Of a stretch of DNA of 20,000 nucleotides, positions 16,252 through 20,000 are shown piece after piece. The notes under the pieces were generated by a model. The model was not told where the DNA came from, ran no database searches, and was given only the letters and a program-made list of their open reading frames with translations. The DNA is from an uncultured virus (IMG/VR IMGVR_UViG_3300030106_006393) (taxonomy: Duplodnaviria; Heunggongvirae; Uroviricota; Caudoviricetes). The stretch is from the IMG/VR virus record IMGVR_UViG_3300030106_006393, positions 51,448-71,447 of that record, one strand, 5' to 3'. Position 1 is the stretch's first letter. The number at the start of each line of letters is the position of its first letter. The position numbers were made by a program, and so were the translations under genes.

Positions 16252-16633
16252 GTGTGAGTTAATGCCCATCTCCTCTCCTTTGGAGTCTCGCAATTCAAAA
16301 CCAAGATTCGGCAGGTATCACGGCAGTTGTTTCTGGGATATCAAGAACTTTGGATCAAAGAAGTGGGTCATCGCCGCCTACATTAAGGTTGAGGATGCGA
16401 CACTTTTTGAAGACGCCACTCCTGATGAAATCGCGAAAGGTTGCGTTGAGTATCTAAATCAGCCACCCCCGCGCAAGAAGTATGCCAAAAAGATTCCAAA
16501 GCCCAAGTATGGTTCACTGGAGTTTTATAGTGCTAGAGTGGTGGAGAAAGAAGATGGCAAATGTATCTCGGCTCTTTTGGTGACAGACTCTAGAAGAAAC
16601 AAACTATTTTGGGGTAAGGGTAGAAATGTCTGA
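16244..16633 (+). CDS. Hypothetical protein
   Basis: 129-aa ORF, GGAG SD, overlaps neighbours. Confidence 0.7.
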   Translation: MIKCELMPISSPLESRNSKPRFGRYHGSCFWDIKNFGSKKWVIAAYIKVEDATLFEDATPDEIAKGCVEYLNQPPPRKKYAKKIPKPKYGSLEFYSARVVEKEDGKCISALLVTDSRRNKLFWGKGRNV

Positions 16634-16982
16634 TCAGCAGGATCCCAAACAAAATTTCTATGATCTAAAGAGAGATGAAGTCGAAGGGTATTTCGACAAT
16701 GCGAGTACAATGATTGTTCGTACAGATCGACTGATGTCTGACCACTATACTGGAAAGAACGTCCTGGGCCCCGAGATCTTGCAGCGAGTTGCAGAACTTC
16801 ATGCTCTCGCTGGAGCTTTCGAGTCATACTTGGAAAAGACATTCAACTTAGCTGCAGCACCTGAGAACGCAATGTTTAGAGTAAAGTTTACCGCTGCTAC
16901 TGGAATCATAAAAATGGTATTCGCAATGTTTGAGTCAAAGGAATACCTGTCACGACACAATATAAGCTTAGAAGACCAATGA
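16626..16982 (+). CDS. Hypothetical helical protein
   Basis: 118-aa ORF in operon-like packing, ATGA overlap with next gene. Confidence 0.7.
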   Translation: MSDQQDPKQNFYDLKRDEVEGYFDNASTMIVRTDRLMSDHYTGKNVLGPEILQRVAELHALAGAFESYLEKTFNLAAAPENAMFRVKFTAATGIIKMVFAMFESKEYLSRHNISLEDQ

Positions 16983-17323
16983 CCCTAAAGTTACTCTTGG
17001 GTGTACTGGTCTTTATGCTGGGCCAAATCGGAGGGTGGTATCAGCTAAACTCCCAGTACGTGTGGAAGTGGTGGCAGGACAAGCCCTTGATGTCGGCAGT
17101 GGTCTTTGGTATCCCGACGAGTGTTGCTTTTTGGTACGCCTGGAGGATGGTGGCAGACTCTACCGAATCTGTATGGAGCGCTCGCTTTATCGGTTCTGGG
17201 ACTGGATTTCTTATCTTCCCCGTTCTGACATGGTTTTATCTCGGAGAGAGTATGTTTACGGCTAAAACGATGTCTTGTCTGGTTTTGGCGATAACAATCA
17301 TTTTAATTCAGATTTATGCTTGA
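16979..17323 (+). CDS. Small 4-TM membrane protein, DMT/SMR/EamA-like
   Basis: Four hydrophobic segments and LTWFYLGESMFTAKTMSCLVLA, similar to the DMT 'LGE' loop motif. Confidence 0.65.
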   Translation: MTLKLLLGVLVFMLGQIGGWYQLNSQYVWKWWQDKPLMSAVVFGIPTSVAFWYAWRMVADSTESVWSARFIGSGTGFLIFPVLTWFYLGESMFTAKTMSCLVLAITIILIQIYA

Positions 17324-17347
17324 CAAATATTCAGAAGTGGTTATAAT
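17320..17347 (+). promoter_or_regulatory. Consensus sigma70 promoter for hsp20
   Basis: TTGACA (17320-17325), 16 nt, TATAAT (17342-17347). Confidence 0.82.
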
Positions 17348-17392
17348 ATATATATGCTCGAAAATGAGCACTTGAGAACAAGGAGAAATAGT

Positions 17393-17761
17393 ATGAGTTT
17401 GCAGATTTTAAGAGGGGATCCTTTTTTTAGTGAGCTTTTTGGAAGGCCATCAGTTAGAAACACTGGTCCAAAAACAAGCGTGGCAACTACGGACGACGGG
17501 TATGAGTTGTCTGTTGTCGTGCCGGGCGTGAACAAGGGAGACATTGATATCAATGTTGACAAGGGAACTTTGACAGTATCCTACAAGACCACAGAAGAAA
17601 CAAAGACTTCGTTTGCGACAAAGTCGTTCACCAAGTCTTGGACACTTCCAGAGAATACCGACGCTGAATTTATCACAGCTAAATCTGAAAACGGGATTCT
17701 TACGTTGTCTGTGCCAACCACAGATAAGTCGATCCCAGCCAGAACTATTACGGTACAGTGA
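17393..17761 (+). CDS. Hsp20 / alpha-crystallin small heat-shock protein
   Basis: YELSVVVPGVNKGDIDINVDKGTLTVS, FTKSWTLP, AKSENGILTLSVP. AGGAG SD before ATG 17393; alternative in-frame ATG at 17354. Confidence 0.93.
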   Translation: MSLQILRGDPFFSELFGRPSVRNTGPKTSVATTDDGYELSVVVPGVNKGDIDINVDKGTLTVSYKTTEETKTSFATKSFTKSWTLPENTDAEFITAKSENGILTLSVPTTDKSIPARTITVQ

Positions 17762-17781
17762 TAGTTTAATTCTTTAAATTT

Positions 17782-17813
17782 AAAAGGCATCCGATTGGGT
17801 GCCTTTTGTTTAT
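17782..17813 (+). terminator. Rho-independent terminator after hsp20
   Basis: AAAAGGCATCC-GATT-GGGTGCCTTTT hairpin (one G-U pair) followed by a T-rich tract. Confidence 0.85.
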
Positions 17814-17816
17814 GTA

Positions 17817-17845
17817 TTGACTAATTATTATAAAAAAGGTATAAT
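17817..17845 (+). promoter_or_regulatory. Overlapping sigma70-like promoter and late motif
   Basis: TTGACT (17817-17822), 17 nt, TATAAT (17840-17845), with ACTAATTAT (17820-17828) overlapping the -35 box and spacer. Confidence 0.7.
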
Positions 17846-17851
17846 CTTTTT

Positions 17852-20000
17852 ATGAACTTCAACTCTATTTGGAAATCCTATCTCAACGAAGAAAAAGAAC
17901 TTGAACTGCTTGCTGAAGCGAGAGTCAAGGACATTAAGAAAAAGTATCCCGTCCTCACCGACACTGGCTGGCTTGCTTATAGTCGCGAAAGACTAGACAG
18001 CGTCCTTGGTCCCAAGGGCGTATCAAAGTATCTCTTATTTTGCATGAGGGAGCTTCACAAGAACTTCAAGCAAGACATCGAAGACTCTGAAAGCTGGATT
18101 GATAGTGAGCATTATGATGTTCAAGATGTGAAAACAGTGGCAGAGGAGATCCTTGAGGCTGTCCTTGCGTTTCAAGAAAACCAACAGCGCATAGAAGAAA
18201 AGGATATCTACAAGTACAATATTGGAGAACTGCAGCAGGCCTTGTCTAAATTGGGATTGTCCTCTAGCCAGAAAAAGGAAAAAGAGAAAGCTGAAGCAAT
18301 GAAGACCACAGAGATCGTTTACGATGAGAACGGCATCTTCGCCGTCCGTCCGCTTTCTGAGACCTCCTCTTGTTACTTTGGCAAGAACACGAGATGGTGT
18401 ATCTCTGCAACACAATCTAGAAACTACTTTGATCAGTACACAAATGACGAAAAAGCCTTTGTGATGGTAAGGTTTGATGGTATTCCTGCCGATAACAGCA
18501 TGCACAAGTTGGCTCTTGTTTATGATAAAGAGGGCAACCTTGAAGAGGTTTTTGACGCTCCTGACAACGATCATAGTGATATCATCGTTTATCGAGCTGC
18601 AGCCCTCCACTTCGGTGAAGAGGACTATGAGCTAATCGAAGACGAAGACAAGGAAGAGAAGATCAATGAGATCGCATCCGACATCATACAATATGGATAT
18701 ATGAATGTTCTAGATAATCCTCCAGACAAGACCGCCGGCTATGAAGCCGCATGTCACAAAATAGAGGAAGATTTAGCAGATGACATCAAGCATGCTGACT
18801 ATGGCTTTGAAGTTGACGATTACGGTGAAGGTAGTTACGTTAGCTTTTGGGCAAGTTTCAACATTGAGTTGGACAATGAGGTGTTTGAAAACGGAAAGTA
18901 CCAATTCGATGACGGCTATCATACTGCTGGCGAGATCATTAACAAGATGTCAGAGGCACAAATCTACTTTGAAGATGTCGACATAAACGATTATTCAGGT
19001 AAAACCACTTTTCAATTCCGTATGGCTGCAGAAAACTACGAGGCAACTCCCGATGGTTATAGAGAACTATTAGAAGAAGTAGCCTTCCAAGAAAAGAGAA
19101 AATACCCTGCAATGCGAAGAATACTTTTAAAGTACCTTGCAGATGAAGAGTTCATACAACCCGCTGCATTTGATACCTTTAGAGCCAAATTAGATGATAT
19201 ACGTAAAAGCCTTAATCATTTTACAGCCACAGATGCAGACTATGTTGGAGAAGAAGAAATACACTTCGCCGCAACTCCTATCGACACCAACATCGAATAC
19301 AGTTATTTGAAATTTATCAGTGAGGAAAAGCTCGGCGGCAAATGGATAAATCCAGAGCTGACGAAAGGATTGACCGATGGTCTGCAAAGCCTAAACAAAG
19401 CAGTGCAAACTTATCTCGCACAACAATTGGAACTTCCTATAGATGATCTTCCGCCAAGAATAGTTCAAGATTTGTCAATTCCAGATTCACTAGAGATGTA
19501 TCTCTATCGTTCTTATGAAAAGGCACAAATTATGATCAGAATATCTCTCGATAATCCAGAGGCGGATGACAAGGAGCTAGAGTTGGGGCTTAACATCGTG
19601 AAGTTCATTGACTCTAATTACGATTTAGTTGTCGAGGCTGCGAACAAATCTCTTTCAAACGTAGTCCAGAAGGCTCTGCAGATGCAAAAAGACATAGAAA
19701 ACAACTTTCCTGAGCCTGTGAAGAAGCTTCTCGCGATGGCTAGAGAGTCTGGTAATTCTGATGTCGCAAGACTTCTAGATAGAATACCAGATTATACTCG
19801 CGGAGCGTACAAGCAATCTAGGCCATGGGTGGCTTCGTATCGCGGCCAAGGCGTAGCTCCAGAAGAGTACATATATAATTTAATAAGAAGTCAACTCTTG
19901 CGCCCTATATGGTCATACTTAAGAGGCATCCTTGACCCTGAAGGCAAAGTGTACATTCCACCGGGAGACACAGAGCATGCCTTTGAAATATACGCTCCAG
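17852..20000 (+). CDS. Large hypothetical phage protein (>=716 aa, 3'-truncated), probable virion protein with PcfJ-like motif
   Basis: Translated by hand: no stop from ATG 17852 to the window end (MNFNSIWKSYLNEEKELELLAEARVKD...). Contains AVRPLSETSSCYFGKNTRWCISATQSRNYFDQY. Absent from the ORF track because it has no stop in the window. Confidence 0.85.
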   Translation, partial: MNFNSIWKSYLNEEKELELLAEARVKDIKKKYPVLTDTGWLAYSRERLDSVLGPKGVSKYLLFCMRELHKNFKQDIEDSESWIDSEHYDVQDVKTVAEEILEAVLAFQENQQRIEEKDIYKYNIGELQQALSKLGLSSSQKKEKEKAEAMKTTEIVYDENGIFAVRPLSETSSCYFGKNTRWCISATQSRNYFDQYTNDEKAFVMVRFDGIPADNSMHKLALVYDKEGNLEEVFDAPDNDHSDIIVYRAAALHFGEEDYELIEDEDKEEKINEIASDIIQYGYMNVLDNPPDKTAGYEAACHKIEEDLADDIKHADYGFEVDDYGEGSYVSFWASFNIELDNEVFENGKYQFDDGYHTAGEIINKMSEAQIYFEDVDINDYSGKTTFQFRMAAENYEATPDGYRELLEEVAFQEKRKYPAMRRILLKYLADEEFIQPAAFDTFRAKLDDIRKSLNHFTATDADYVGEEEIHFAATPIDTNIEYSYLKFISEEKLGGKWINPELTKGLTDGLQSLNKAVQTYLAQQLELPIDDLPPRIVQDLSIPDSLEMYLYRSYEKAQIMIRISLDNPEADDKELELGLNIVKFIDSNYDLVVEAANKSLSNVVQKALQMQKDIENNFPEPVKKLLAMARESGNSDVARLLDRIPDYTRGAYKQSRPWVASYRGQGVAPEEYIYNLIRSQLLRPIWSYLRGILDPEGKVYIPPGDTEHAFEIYAP

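Noticed and set aside
494..19387. Minus-strand and alternative-frame ORFs in the track (e.g. 813-1385, 6478-6906, 9884-10252, 12420-12953, 18035-18610)
   Set aside because: They lie over well-supported + strand genes, show antisense-shadow composition (Ser-rich) and have no recognisable motifs.
1..20000. Stop-codon reassignment as seen in some large phages
   Set aside because: TAA, TAG and TGA all end full-length genes with tight overlaps, and coding density is high under the standard code.
1..20000. Bacterial chromosome origin (dnaE, dut, guaB-like, clpP, groEL are housekeeping genes)
   Set aside because: Usual bacterial neighbours (groES, clpX/tig, guaA, accA) are absent, the homologs are divergent and interleaved with small orphans and virion-like proteins. 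A large phage fits better, although no capsid or terminase gene is in the window to prove it.

Overview
Gene-dense stretch of what looks like a large (jumbo/huge) dsDNA phage genome. About 27 tightly packed or overlapping genes lie on the + strand in the standard genetic code. I found no rRNA, tRNA, CRISPR array or IS element. In order: two vWA/MIDAS proteins with myxobacterial-style features (one a complete lipoprotein); a degenerate Rossmann-like protein and a degenerate sugar-nucleotidyltransferase-like protein; dnaE (intact PHP site), dUTPase, a Zn-finger protein and a CBS-less IMPDH/GMP-reductase-family enzyme; an RHH-like protein and a Cys-rich stand-alone sigma70 region-4 protein; an acidic probable virion/scaffold protein; ClpP; a possible PD-(D/E)xK nuclease-fold protein; GroEL without GroES; an XhlA/holin-like protein; an HExxH peptidase; FlbD-like, glutaredoxin, small DMT-like and Hsp20 genes; and a >=716-aa ORF missing from the ORF track that runs off the end. 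Two promoter classes are visible: near-consensus sigma70 promoters (some inside genes, some apparently leaderless) and a repeated ACTAnTTA motif, a probable late promoter, in front of the virion-like and lysis-like genes. The phage origin, host guess and all family calls come from reading motifs by eye, not from database searches.
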